This document shows positions 1 to 13,315 of a DNA stretch of 64,000 nt, piece by piece (the first letter of the stretch is position 1; each line of letters opens with the position of its first letter). The notes under the pieces were generated by a model. That model worked only from the letters and a program-made list of their open reading frames with translations, was not told the origin of the DNA and ran no database searches. Position numbers and translations under genes: made by a program. This DNA comes from Yuukianura sp. NJ FZ-2021 (Eukaryota). Location: positions 5,828,001 through 5,892,000 of the forward strand of contig CM102290.1 of assembly GCA_046563655.1 (NCBI GenBank). Direction: 5' to 3'.

Positions 1-86
1 ATTTTACAGAAATTTGTTGCCGAAAAACGTAATCAAAGAAAAAACAACTGGAAAAAAAATCAAATATAAAAAAATTACTCCCTCCG

Positions 87-200
87 AAAAATTTCTTCTT
101 GATGAAATCTAGCTAAGTGTCAGAAATATCTAAAAATTTCTTCTTGATGAAATCTAGCTAAGTGTCAGAAATATCTAAAAATTTCTTCTTGATGAAATCT
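87..200. repeat. 45-bp tandem repeat, 2.5 identical copies
   Basis: Unit aaaaatttcttcttgatgaaatctagctaagtgtcagaaatatct starts at 87, 132 and 177 (partial); a diverged single copy lies near 38184-38230. Confidence 0.9.
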
Positions 201-202
201 AC

Positions 203-3200
203 CAGTACAAATCATTTGTGCATCGATATGAAGTAGAACTCACCTCGTTTTCAATTTGGATGGAGTTGTCATCGTCACTCTCAGCCTCGTCATCTTGTTC
301 CTCCACTTTGAGTTCAGGAATGTCATAAATGGATCCACTCGAGAACTGAAGGACTTTCGGAACATGGTCATTCGCATCACTCACTCTCACGATCACTTTG
401 GTCATCGATGTCAAGTTCCCATCCGAAATGACAACGTCCAGGGTATGTTCGGGAAGGGCCTCCCTGTCCAAGGGTCCCCTCGTGGACATGATCCCTGTGA
501 CCCCATCAATGTCAAAGTAGGCAGAGGACGTCCTGAGTGAGAATCTGAGTTGCTCAGGAGAGTTATCACAATCGAAGGCATGGACAGTGAGGACAGGGAC
601 GGGCCCTTCAAGATTTTCCTCCACTGTGGCCAGGTACATGGGGGCCCTTGACAAAGGCACACAGTCGTTTTCATTCTCCAGTTCCACCACCAGGAAGCAG
701 TAGGCGACAGTGGACATGTCAAGGGCACTTTGCGCCTGGACAGTTAAATAGTGCCAGTGGGGCTGAGATTCGTAGTCCATGTCGTACATAGTTCGGACAG
801 TTCCGGCCGAGTCGATGCTGAAGAGGTACTGAGAGGGCCCTTGAAGGGACAAGTAGATGCCTGGGTAGGAGGACTGCTGCGGCTGAAGGGCCCCCACCGT
901 GGTTACGACAGATCCTACAGGGGCCCCTTCTCTTATGGACGCCACGACGACCAGCTCAGGGAAAGCAAGCGGCGGAAGAGGTTCCGGCACATCGTAAATC
1001 TGAAAAAAAAAATCAGTTTTTCTTGAAAATGCAAATTCACTTTTCAAAAAAGTTGTTCGGCACGCTTTCCAATTTCAGTTTTTGAAAAAGTTGTAAAAGT
1101 TGAAGTCCAAAGTCAACAAAAGCCCCCCGCCCGCCCGCACACAAACATTTGAGAAGGTAAACACCCGCCTCCGTTTGTATTGGAAGCTGCCACGAATAAT
1201 TGGATCCGGCACAAACTCCTCTCCGAAGAAAAAACTTTTACTTCCTTCCAGTTCAACTAATGACACAAACTTTTACATCCGCTCAATTCAAAACCACATT
1301 TTCAAAAAAAAAAGTGAAAAGAAACTCGTGTTTTCAAAATAAACTTCTAGAATGGCCCAACTTTTTTCTTCGTTTGTATTCCATTCACTCATTCTATTAA
1401 ATGTGTAGCCAAGAGTTCCGTTTTCTTAACTTTCCAACATGAAATATCCATTTCATTTTTTAAGTTGTGACTGACAAATTTTTTTTAAATTTTTTTTAGA
1501 TGATAAGCCTTCCGTTCAAGTTCAAAAAGTTCACTTCCCACCAAAAAAAATTTTTTTTTTCAAATGGCTTGATACGTCGTAAAAAATAAAAAGAAAAAAA
1601 TTTGACGAGAAAAAAGTTTCTCTTCCGAATTCAAAAAGTTGTGGGTCCGTTTAGAAATTTCCGATTTTTTTTTTGCTCATTGTACGTTTATAAGTTTCAC
1701 AATAAAATTTAAATGGTTTTAAAAAATATTTAAAAAAAAATTAAAAAAAAATTTTTTTTTGAAAAACAGAGTATGGAAAGTGTTTGTTTTGCACAAATGG
1801 GCCACTTGTTACAACTTTCTTTGCTCCGCGTGGTGAAAGTGTTTGTATAGAACGAGAGAAAGTTGGGTGAAAGCTGTGCACTTTCTCTCCTGATTTCATT
1901 AACTTTGAATTTAGTCCACAAAGTGATTAAGATTTCCTCTGACAACCAACAGCCAACACCCAAATTAAAATCTAGAAAATCCAAGGTTCCTAGAGCAATG
2001 AAATAGGTTTTGTTTAACAGGTTAGGGAAACAGATTGAGCGTTGACTTACCTCTATGACGATGAATGTCTCTGAAGCGAGGGACGGAGTGCCAAGGTCCT
2101 TGGCCTGAATTGTCAAATTGTACATGGACGTTCTCTGGTAGTCCAACTTCCGGTTCACTCTCAACACTCCCGAAATGTCGTCCACCACAAAGTCTCCTCG
2201 TCCACCGTCCACTAAAGCGTACCGGACGATCCCGCCGTCACCCAAGTCCGGATCTTCAGCCACGACACGGGTGACGACACTGTACAGAGGCCAATCCTCA
2301 CGCACTTTCACTACACGACTCTTCTGAACTGACCCGCCCAAGGTCACGGCGCCACTTCCGAAGTTCAAAAACTTGGGACTCTCGTCGTTCCGATCTTGGA
2401 CAACGACAGTGAGGACGGCAGTGGAGGATCGTCTCGGAGTCCCACCATCTTGAGCCACGACTAAAATGTCGTATCGATCCACTTTCTCGCGATCCAACTC
2501 TCCGATCAGTCTCACTTTCCCGCTCTTTCCATCGATACTAAAATTATGAAGAGATTCATTGAGGAGGCGATAGGAAACGACTGAATTCGGACTGCCCTCT
2601 TCATCCTCATCGAAGGCCTTCATCTCTGCAATTGTTTCTCCCGATAACTCATTCCCTTCACGAATCTGAATTTTCATCGCAGGTTTCAAAAATACTGGCC
2701 AATTGTCATTCTCATCCAACACCTACAAAATATTAGAAATTTTTTAAATTTTACCAATTTCCAAAGTGATAACAATTTTGAGTCATTTGAATTTTCAAAA
2801 TCATAATAATTTTCAAAATTCCAGAAATCCTGAAATTCCAGAACCTCCTTTTCCCAGAAAATGTGCAGGAGCGAAGAGTTTACCTCTCTATCACTTCCTA
2901 TTCCCAAAATATGAATTTTTAAAGTTTTTGAAAATTAAAATGAGTTTTGACAATTTAATATTTTGGAAACGGAAAGAGTTACAGACCTAATCTCAACAGG
3001 ACAAACTTTCAACAAATATAGAGAACCTTTAGAAAGTTTGAAAACTCGAATATCGAACATCAAATTTTTTGTCAAATTTTGAAAAAACAAAAAACAATGG
3101 ACTATAGTCCATGAATTATTTTTTTCGACATTTGGTCTAAATCTGAGGGTACTGAAAATCAGCACAGCGGAGTGGTTTAGTCTCCCACCTCAAAAAAGGT

Positions 3201-6200
3201 GGGAGGGGTGCGAAAACTACAGTTGTCGAATTTTTTTTTAGGAAACTGATACTTTTGTTATGTTTTGTTGTTATTTGGGCCGATTTGAAGTGGTTTTAAG
3301 TAGAATTTGGTTAGTTACCTTAATTGGGAGGAGTTTGGACATGGTTCTGGGTGGCTTGCCTTGATCAAAGAGTGAGATATTGAGAGTGTAGGATGGGAAC
3401 TCTTCACGGTCGAGTGGTCGAGCGACGACGAGCCACGCTTCCTGGACAGTGGCTCCTGTCCAGCTACTCGTCTCCACGCTCACAATGTCCCACGCCCCAT
3501 GACTCTCGTCTCCACCACAAATCACAAACTTCACCCACGCATTGTAACCTTTGTCCTTGTCAACTGCTTTCAACTTCACCACTCTCGTCCCCACTGCCAC
3601 ACTCTCGTTAACCTAAACACAAAACAAACAAATTAGAATCTGGGCCAATCACAAGCCTTTTTACAATCTCTGGACCAATCAGCAGCCTTTTTACAATCTC
3701 TGGACCAATCAGCAGCCTTTTTACAATCTCTACACCAATGAGGAGCCGATTCCTGGACTTTTGGCCAATCAGGAGTCGATTCACAGTGGAAAAACATTCT
3801 TGAAGTTTTGAGACAAAAGTTTACATGCAGTTTTCTGTCTCAAAACGTAGACTTTTTCCCACTGTGCGATTCCGTGACTTTTCACCAATAAGGAGTCGAT
3901 TCCTTGACTTTTGACCAACCAGAATTCGATTCTTTGACTTTTGACCAATCAGAATTCGATTCTTTGACTTTTGACCAATCTGAAGTTGATTCCTTGACTT
4001 TTCACCAATGAGGAGTCGCACAGTGAGAAAAAAGTCTTCTTTTTGAGACAGAAAATTCCCTTTAACTGTATGTAAACTCTTGTCTTAAAATTGCGACTTT
4101 TTTTTTGTATTGACAGTCACTTCCTTGACTTTTGACCAATCAGAAGTCGATTCCTTGACTTTTGACCAATCAGAAGTCGATTCCTTGACTTTTGACCAAT
4201 CAGGAGTGGAATCGACGCTTTGGGCAGGAATCGCTGACTCTTGTAAAAAGAAAGTCCAATTGTTGGAAGAGATTGATGATGATTTGAGTGGGGGTTTATT
4301 GAATGGTAGGGATTGACACGCCTCACTGACCTGCTCAGAGACTATTGAAGTAGAAAGGAATTTGTAAAATGATCGTCTTACCCGGATTTCTGAGGGAAAG
4401 TCCACAAAGTGAGGCTGAGTATTTTGAGCGTAGTGACTCGGCTCAGGCGGGAATCGGTTTTCCTCCAACTCCGTCTCATCAACTTTATTGTTCTCTTCGG
4501 ACAGAGCAGCCATGCGATCATAACGTCCTTGCACTCCCGTGTCCAGACACTCAAACACAGAATGCGAAGTGGAGTACACTTTGACCCCCGTCCGAGAAGA
4601 AGAGTCCGATTTATTGAAATTCGTCCTCAGAGAGTCACGAAGTTCAATTTTGATGGACATCACATCAGAAAAGTACTCTCCATCTCCCGCCGTGATGTTG
4701 AGCACTCGCTTCGCACTCCGGAAGTCCCTTAAGTCACACATTACTCTAAGGGCCCCCAAATTGTCCACGGAGAAGCACCCGTCAGAGTTGCCGTGCACAA
4801 TTTTGTAAGTGACTGGATCGTGATCGAAATCCAGAGCCACGACCCGCCCAAACTCAGTCTCGAAACTAATTCGTCTGTCAATTACACTCACACAGGAAGA
4901 GAAGATGAAGAGAGGGCGATTGTCATTGATCGGCACAACTGAAATTTGAAGTTTCATTTCCGACTCACGACGAAACGGTAATCCCCAGTCGGTAGCACGA
5001 ACTCTGGCGACGAAACTTCGACGACTCGATTCATAATCTAACACTTCCGTTGAGCGCACTTCGCCCGTAAAATGGTCAATTGTGAACGGCAAGTTGTTGA
5101 GATTGGCCATACTGTACGTCACGTACCTGAAACAAAAACGACATCAAAACGTAAACGACATAAAAACGTAAACGACGTAAAAACGTAAACGATATAAAAC
5201 GTAAGAAACGTAAAAACGTCAAAATTACGTTTTTTTTTGGAAATTACCCGTTTTCTCCTTGGTCATAATCTCTTGCATGGATTCTCGTAACGAGAGTTCC
5301 CACGGGTTCGTTCTCGGCAAAATAAACTTCCGTCTGATTCCCGGTTGACCCGCCGAGGTCAAACACTGGCCAAAACTTGTTTTCGTCAATCAACTTAATC
5401 ACGATCTTGACTGCCGAGCGGTGCCGACGAATGGTGTCGTATCGGGCGGGTCGAAGGTCAAGTGAGTCCACAGTTAGAGTGAAAATGGACTTGCGCTCAA
5501 AGTCAAGCCATTTAGCAGTGGAGAGGACGCCGGAGGGCGCCAATCGAAACTCCTCCCCCTCGTTTCCAGAGGAAATAGACAAAGTGACCTTGGGCGGGGG
5601 GCGGGGGAAGCGAAGGACCAAGGTTTGGGGGGGACTTGACTCGGAAATGTCCACTTCGTACAAGTCCTTGTCAAAGAGTGGCTGAGACACGAACGACGAA
5701 GGGCCCTCTGTCACCTTCAGCTCAAGTTCCTGCAAATAAATCATAATTTTGTACTTTTGGCGCCAAAAAAAAGTGTGAGAGTGCCATAAAAATTGTCTTC
5801 CACAAGCACAGATGCTGGAATCCCAAATTTCCAAAGTCATAAAGTTCAAGATTTTGGAGGGAGTAACTACGGGGTTTTCTGGCGGGTAGGGTTTGAAAGC
5901 CGGGTGAAAGTTGGTTTGTGGTGGGACTTGTTTTTATGTGATCTGGTGGGGCATGTGGTGGGAACAGTCATTTGACGAAAATTTCCCCGTTTTCATTACA
6001 CACAATGTCTTACCACCAACTGTGCCTCTGTTTCCTGGATTTCAATCTCACTTTGCCCCTAGAAAAGTGAAACATTGACCTTTGACCTCACCTTTTCAGA
6101 AGCCTTGGATGGCTGCCCTCCGTCTTCCGCTCGGAGAGTCAAGTTGAAGGTGGTTGATCTGGACGGTGGAGTGCGGAACGTGAATGTGTTGGCGACCACT

Positions 6201-9200
6201 GGCGACAAGACGACATAGAACTCATTTCGACTGGATGCTGGGAGCACTCGGAACATGCCGTTGGGGTCCCCTTCCTTGATTGTGAGGGTCACAAGGCCAC
6301 TGGGCCCTTCGTCATTATCACGACAAGACACGACGGCGTAAATCACTCCGTAAGGCCTCGTCTCCACCTCAAAAATCGCAAAAGTAAAATCGGAAGTTGT
6401 AAAAAGTGCATCAGTTACGAAAAGTTATCCATACTTAAGGAAATGCACAAACGTAAATTGTAAAAACGTAATTTGTAAAAACGCAAATTGTAAAAACCTA
6501 AATTGTGAAAACGTAAATTGTAGAAATGTAAAAATATAAATTGTGAAAGTGTTGTAATAATTTGAACCATGAAATGCTAAATTCCAAAAACATCTATTGT
6601 AAAAATATAAATTATAAAAAGTGTGACTTGTAAAACTCTTAACTGTAAAGAGGTATATTGCAAGATGCGTAAATTGTAAAAATGTAAAATGTAAATTGTA
6701 AAAAATGGTGTGTTGTGTATTTGAAGTGAGTGAGATTGATGGTGGATGGTTTGAGTTTTGTATTGGCTCACTTGTGGTGGACGATTAATTAGGATTTGTG
6801 GCGTGTGTCTGTTTGCAGGGCGAATGGAGACGATGGCTGTGGAGTCTGCTGCTGGTCCGAAGCTCCACCGATTCCTCGCCTGGATCTTGATGTGCTGTCG
6901 CTTCCCCACCAGCCCCACCAGAGATCTCGTGGGACTCACCACTCCCACAATCGGATCCACCGCAAAATGGGCATTCCACTCCGCTAAACTGGAACAGAGA
7001 GACACGATCGCCTCATTAGGATCTACCCGCTCTTATTAAGGGCCCTCCAACAGGGCTCCACAGTCCCCCGGGCAAACCTCCTTACAAACTTGGTCCCCGG
7101 TGGGCAAAACTGCAATCAGCTGACCACCAGAATCTCATTTCCTGAAACCCAGTGCCCAATGGGTAACATGGCTTGAGAAACAAAGAACGAGAGTGTAGAA
7201 AAATAATGGACCTAGTGGGATTCGAACCCACATCTCTTCTATCCGGGAAGCACTCTAACCCCTGAGTTATCAGGCTCTATTCTACATAATCTCAAAGGAT
7301 GGAGGAACTACAAGGCAGTTTAACCTGAAAAGTTCGTTCTGACTAAAATGGATCTGACCTCGGGTACCCGGGTGGGGAGTGGGGTTTTTGGTGGGCACTG
7401 TCTAACCCTGTTTTGCCCAACTTTAGAAACTCGTGTAATTTTCAATATGCATGAAGGATCAATGCGGGATGTTTTCATAAACTAGTGAAACGGAATATTT
7501 ACTTTTGAAATACTGCTGTTCCCACTTTCACCACAGTCAGCAACATCCTCCACAAACAAAGTTCTTGGCGCTAGGATTTGAAAGTTTTAATCTGGTGGGA
7601 GAGGAAGTGGGTCTTAAGCCACGAAACACGGTGGTGGTGGTGGGTTGGAGCCACCCCGTGGGTGGGACGAGGATATTAATTTAAAGTAATCGCCCCACCA
7701 CTCCTCGATTATCTTTTAATGTCTCTGGAAACGGCAGAGTCTCAACTTGCCCCAAACCCTCGTCCGCTCCCAGCATCCTCAAATTCTCTTTTTCCAACAT
7801 TACAAAAACTGTTCAAGTCGTGATCCGAATTTTGTTTCGAATTTAACACGGAGAGTTTAGCAGCAGAGCCTTTGGGCCAAGTTCGTGGCTGTTTTTGGCG
7901 CGTTTTTTGAAAGAAAAAAAAACGATTTTCGGTCGTAACGGCTTTGTGAATGGACATTTTGAAAATTAATTCTAGAACACACCAGGATTTTGAGTAGGGC
8001 TTAATTGAAAGATCTCAAACACAAATTTAAAAAAAAAATTTGGTGCCAAAACCGTTAGGGCTTTAACGTTAAAAATTCCGAACGGCAACTTTTGGCCTCC
8101 AAGCGAAACGTGCTGAAGCCTAAACTTTTTTTTTATGAAGAACAAAATCCGTTGATACACGCGCCAACATAAATTTGAAAACGAAAATACAAAAGTGGAA
8201 ATTTTTTCCGCCAAAATTTTGAAATTTGAAATGAGAATGAATTGTACCTGTAGTAGATTTCTTGATTCCTGCCAATATCTGCATCCACTGCAACTATTTT
8301 TGCAATTTTGGACAGAATTGGAACATCTTCGAGGACACTCATATCGTAAGTTCTCTGTTCAAACAAAGGACCATTGTCAGGTTGATCCAGAATTTGAATA
8401 TAGACAGTACACTCTGCAGTGGCCACTGGAACCCATTTTGTGTCCTCCACTAGGGGCGCACTGGTGGGTGGGTCCTTGGCCCCACCAGGCGGGGCCACAG
8501 TGGAAGTCGTTTGGAGCGTAATTGGAATTGGCACAATTGCTGACTCTGAACTCTGTTTTTTGTTTTTGCGTTTCGTCGATCCGTCACTCTTTGACTTGTT
8601 TCTGGGTTTGGTTCGACGCTCATCTCTTAGGTTTCGTCGAAGGAGAGATTTGGAAGATTTGGATTTTGAAAAACTTTTTGATTTTGAAATTTGAAATGTT
8701 TCATTTTTTCCAAAATTGGACAAAGGTGACCAGGAGTGGAGATCAAGCGGAAATTGGTCTGTGGTCTCTTCTGGAGGGAGGTCCAAGTACCTCTGCAGTC
8801 TTCTGGGCGAAGGGGTCCCCTCTGATTTCAAATCTCGAGCCACTTTGTTGACCCCCGTGGACAAAGGGCCCCCTGGGGGTCTCTCATCGTGGAGGGGGTT
8901 GACGGAGGGGGTCCCTTGCAGAAGCGTGGCCTTCACTCTAATTTTGTAGACGTCTTTGAACTCTCTGTTCAAACTGCGTTCGTTGTTGTTGACGCGCAGA
9001 ATGAGGAAGCAGAAGATGCCGACCTGCTTGGTTTCCACTCGAAAGAGCCTGAGAGGATCGCCGTCGATGATCTGCAGATCCACTTTGGCCGATGCATCGG
9101 TCCACAATCCCATCTTCTCCGTGGGGAGGACCAAGGTGGAGCCGAGGGAGTTCTCGGCCACCGATCCATTGTACACTGAGCGTGTAAACACAAACTGACC

Positions 9201-9299
9201 ACTCACACTTCGGCTGTCTTCGGATTCACTCGGATTCTCAAGAGGCTCAACAGACGTCGACACAATCAGCACCACTAAAGTCAACCAGCACAAACTCAT
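203..9299 (-). CDS. kug: Fat-like (Fat2/kugelei-type) atypical cadherin, N-terminal part; gene continues beyond the left edge
   Basis: Exons with GT-AG ends and consistent phases: 9299-8248, 6988-6772, 6367-6092, 5729-5248, 5126-4382, 3612-3319, 2722-2051, 999-203. Signal peptide MSLCWLTLVVLIVSTS, then cadherin repeats (LDRE, LDYE, DxNDNxP, AxDxD). N-terminus FVFTRSVYNGSVAENSLG...EKMG and LDYESSRRSFVARVRATDWGLPFRRESEM resemble Fat-like/FAT1-3 from memory. Cadherin call is secure; orthology is less so. Confidence 0.85.
3782..3866. mobile_element. 85-bp non-autonomous Transib-like MITE
   Basis: Ends CACAGTGG...CCACTGTG, internal inverted repeat ttttgagaca/tgtctcaaaa, perfect 5-bp direct repeat cgatt at 3777-3781 and 3867-3871. 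Confidence 0.7.
4019..4110. mobile_element. Second, inverted and partly decayed copy of the CACAGTG MITE
   Basis: cacagtgagaaaaaagtcttctttttgagacagaaaa...actgtatgtaaactcttgtcttaaaa matches the reverse complement of 3782-3866; right terminus is degenerate. Confidence 0.6.
6448..6705. repeat. Degenerate ~16-bp intronic tandem repeat (aaacgtaaattgtaaa)
   Basis: Repeated taaattgtaaaaa/aacgtaaattgt units in Fat-like intron 2; a similar aaaacgtaaacgac repeat fills the intron at 5135-5230. Confidence 0.7.
7209..7276 (-). mobile_element. tRNA-derived repeat (SINE-like), copy 1
   Basis: Reverse strand agcctgataactcaggggttagagtgcttcccggatagaagagatgtgggttcgaatcccactaggtc: A-box-like motif and GGTTCGAATCC B-box; degenerate cloverleaf. 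Confidence 0.65.
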
Positions 9300-11636
9300 C
9301 TTGCCACACCTTCAAAAGAAATCAAATTTTTAATTTACTTTAATTTATTAATTTTAATTAATTTTCACTCTCAATACAGTCAAATTTTCGATTTTGAATC
9401 TCAGTAGTACAGTACAAATCGAATTTGCATACTATCAATACAGTCGAAAGTCAAATTTTCACTTTGAATACTTTTTATGAAAAATTGGGAACAAGTTTTA
9501 AGAAATTCTGATTTGAAAAAAATTGTTTTTTGAAAAAATTGGAGACATGGAAGGTTTGCAGACGTTTCAAAAAAGTGTCAACTATGCCAACACATCAATT
9601 TTTGAAAAAATCGATTTGTGCTGTTGCACACTCCTGTCATTACTTTAAAAATTTAGCAGCACAAACAACTTTCTTGTTGAAAAACGTAACAAAAAAAAAT
9701 TAAAGTTGATGAGTAGTTGGGTTGAATGGAAAAGTGCTATCTGTGCATGGAGTGAACATGAATGCAAGTCTAAATGTTGGTTTGGAGGTCAGAGGTCAAC
9801 TGTAAACTGATTTCCATGTCTCTCAATGAGCATAGTCCATTAATCCAACTCCATTCCGAAAGCTACTTAATTACTCAACTCTTCCACTTCTGACTCATCA
9901 TCTCTCTTCAACTGGAAATACTTCCAAGCACAAAATACTTGCAACATGATATACTGGAAATACTTGCAACACGGTATGCTGGAAATGCTTGCAAGGACAA
10001 AACATTTGAAGGAAAGAAGAGAGAGACACGTCAGTTTCTGCTCCGAGTGAGAGGCGGAAGCGGGAAATTTTGATTTTTGTGAATCTGTTTTCCATTTTGA
10101 AAGAGAATTGGATGTTTTTGGGCGGATTGGACTCAACCTGTCACATCAAATCTTCTCAACTCTCTCATTTTTTCCCAACTTCGTCTTTGGCACGGAGGAA
10201 ATTAAGACAGAAACACTTTCTCCTCATTTCCCACATCCGCCGCTTCTTTTCTTTTTTTGAAAAATGGAACAGGAAAACGCCATTTTCTTTTCTCTTTTTT
10301 CACCCCGACGCCATCCCTTGTCAATGTTACTCCGCCCTTCAAAAAAAAACAACTCTACTGGAAAAGTTGAGAGACTCACTTCCATCTCAAAATCACTTTT
10401 CAAAATCACAACTTCCAAAATCAAAAGTTCCCTTTTCAATGCTGAGTTTTGTTTTAAATTTTAAAATTTCAAAAAACTTTTTAGTGGAAAGAAAGAAAGA
10501 CCTTGGTATTTTATGCAAAGTTTGGTGAAGGCCTCGTCACAGCGTGGTTCCGTTCCCATTTCAGTTGACAGGTTTCCTCCAAAGTGGTTTAGGCCAACTC
10601 ACATCCAATCAATACACAAACGGGACCGTCCACAAATTACGTCACCCCGACATGAGGGGGGGGGGGTTCTGATACCTCCCCCCCTTAGCTCAGGGTGACG
10701 TAATTCCGATACCCCCCCCCTATGTTACCTCGAAACTGTGTGGCGGAACTTAACATTTGACCCCCCCCCCACCAAAGAGGTCACTAAATTTGTGAATTTA
10801 TCGGAGGGGGGGGGGGGTTGGTAGCCTGGAGGTTCTGTGTCTGAGGTTGTGAATTGGGATCAAGGGATCGAATGCCGGTCGGAGTGACATGAATGGAAAG
10901 TGGATTGTGCTGTGGGGTGGATCTGGTGGTGACACGAAGACGTTCCATTCAACCTCAAACCAAATTACATGTCATTAGACAGGCTCTTCCACTAACTCTC
11001 GGAGGAAATATTGGAAGGGGGGTTCCACCACCTCCCCTCGGGGCATAATTTATGCACACATTAGAGAATGGGTGAAGGGAGAAGAAAGTGGAGAAAGTGA
11101 GGATTATTAACACAGTCACAATTTCACTCTCCACTTCCTCGCTCTTTTTACGGCCAACTAAATTTTCATTAATGATCACACACTATCTGTCCAAATTCAC
11201 TTAACCCCGGCTCAATTTTCACGTAATTTCCAAATTTTGCAAAACTGGAAATTTTCAAAAAAGGAAAAAAGTGAACATTGCACGAGTATGTTGGAAAGTG
11301 GGAACATAAAGCAGCCCCCACAAAGTGCTTTTGAGGGGGTCGATTAGTGGGTTGTGGTGGGGGGTAAAAGTGGAACAGATTCAATGATGATGACAATGGG
11401 CCACCATGCAGAATCTTGTGGTTCAACTGGAGCAGGGGAGGGGGGGGGGTCGGATGCACTTTGGCTCAACCCCCCCAGACATGTTCCAGATTAATCTCTG
11501 GAGATGCAGCGTCTCTAATCTTCCCAAAATTAAATTTCCCATCAACCCACACGCATAAACATTACCCACCACACTTCCAGCCACCACCAAAGTGTCATCT
11601 TTGTTCAAAGTGTTGCTCAATCGCTGGAGACCAATC

Positions 11637-11695
11637 TACTTACATCATGTAACCTACATCATGTAAGCTACATCGTGTAAGCTACATCATGTAAA
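11637..11695. repeat. ~14-bp tandem repeat tacatcatgtaa(g)c x4
   Basis: tacatcatgtaacc tacatcatgtaagc tacatcgtgtaagc tacatcatgtaa. Confidence 0.8.
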
Positions 11696-13210
11696 ATTTA
11701 TTATGTAGACTTTGCTATCCGTTAAACTTTTTTAAAACAATTTTAAAAAAGATGGTGGAAATTTTAAAAAGTTAAGACTGGAGAACTAACTACCGCTTTT
11801 GATTTTTTTTAAAGTTGCCCTCACGTTTTTTCTTTTTTTTTTTTGTGTGTTTTTTTAAAGGGCACTGGTTGTGCATGTCAATTTGGCCCAAAAGTTGGTA
11901 AAGATTTTAAGGTGACGTTGACCATAGAGCGTGATTAAGGTTTGGATTAAGAATTAAGAAGGGAAGATGCCAACTCGTTTGTGAATCTAATCACTGTCCA
12001 ACCCCCTAACATGCAGAACATGGTTCCAGAGACATAAATACGTCAGTTCTCCACTTGACTACTTAAAGTGACTTCACTTATCCAATTTATGTCCATTACC
12101 CACAGTTTGACATCCAAACAACCTCAACTCACTTTCGCATTCACAATTCCATTCCTTCAGTGCAGGCAACTTCAGTCTGCACAGAAGCAGGCAAATTGAG
12201 TCTGCTCAGGAGCAGACTGAACCCAAAAAGCTCTTTCCGTCTGCGCAGACACCTTCCAAAATTGAAACCACGAATTCTGAGTCCTGTTCAGACAGACAAA
12301 TCCAGGTCAGTTGGGGTTGGTTGTGCGCAGAGACAAATTGTCTACTGCGCAGATTCCTTCTGACAACTGATCTTGTGTCCATAAAAGTTAGAAGAAAGGC
12401 GGTTCAAAGGGAATGACGTCTGATGCTACATTTGATAATGTTTCACAAAAGACTTGGACACAATGGGAAACTAATCTGATCGGACTCAAAGTCTCATCCG
12501 CAAAAACCAACACTTTCACTCCACAAATGAACCAATCCCCACAAAAAAATATCTTTGTAGTTTCAAAAACACAGCCTGAATCCAGCAAAAGTCAAACATT
12601 TCGAAACCAAACAGAAATGGATCCCGTTTTGCACAAAAAAAAGTTCCGATTTTTCACTCTCAGACTTTTTTTCCGTCTTTTTTCAATAGTAGCACTGACT
12701 TTTTTTTTTTGAAAAGTCACGCCCTGACTTTTTATTTTTTTGAAAAGTCACTCCCCGACTTTTTTTTTTTGAAAAGTCGTTCCGTGTAAGCTGAGGAGAA
12801 AGTGAAATCAATCCGAGAGAAGATTGGATGTGAGGCTTAGTTTTTTCGTGGAAGTGGAGCTGGGTGGGGATTAAAGTGGGGATGGAAATTAGTTTGGTGG
12901 GGACTGGGTGTCATGATCCCCAGAATGGAATGGACTCAAATCCAGGTGAGACGTTGATTGGACTATTCAAAGTCCAACTCGAAGGAATCCACTAATATCA
13001 AAGAAAGCACAATTTCACCATTTTCCATGGAAAAAAGGAAATCCAGCACAATTTCTCAATTTTCCAAGGAAAAAGGAAACCCAGCGCCTCATTTCCACAC
13101 ACGAAGTGAAAGCAGAGATAATCTCACCAAACATCGCCACTTTTTTGTCCAATCCAAATTACTTTTACTTTCTTACTTTCATCTAATATGTTGAGGCTAA
13201 AAGACAAGAT

Positions 13211-13315
13211 GTGAGTGGGTAGCTCAATGGTGAGAGGGATTACCTCGGAGCGGTAAAAGTGGGTTCGAATCCCACTCCAGCCACGCATTTTTCCTCTCTT
13301 TTTCTTGCAATATAC
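13211..13315 (+). mobile_element. tRNA-derived repeat (SINE-like), copy 2
   Basis: TAGCTCAATGG A-box, GGTTCGAATCC B-box, 3' tail ccagccacgcatttttcctctc...ttcttgcaat shared with the copy at 20478-20572. Confidence 0.7.

Larger units (their letters stand above)
3636..4240. repeat. 30-bp CCAAT-containing minisatellite in a Fat-like intron
   Basis: Units such as gattccttgacttttgaccaatcagaagtc and tttttacaatctctggaccaatcagcagcc in three blocks (~3636-3780, ~3867-4018, ~4118-4240) separated by two small insertions. Confidence 0.9.

Noticed and set aside
3821..4326. Repetitive ORFs (LLIGQKSRNR..., DSLTFDQSEV...)
   Set aside because: Translations of the 30-bp intronic minisatellite.
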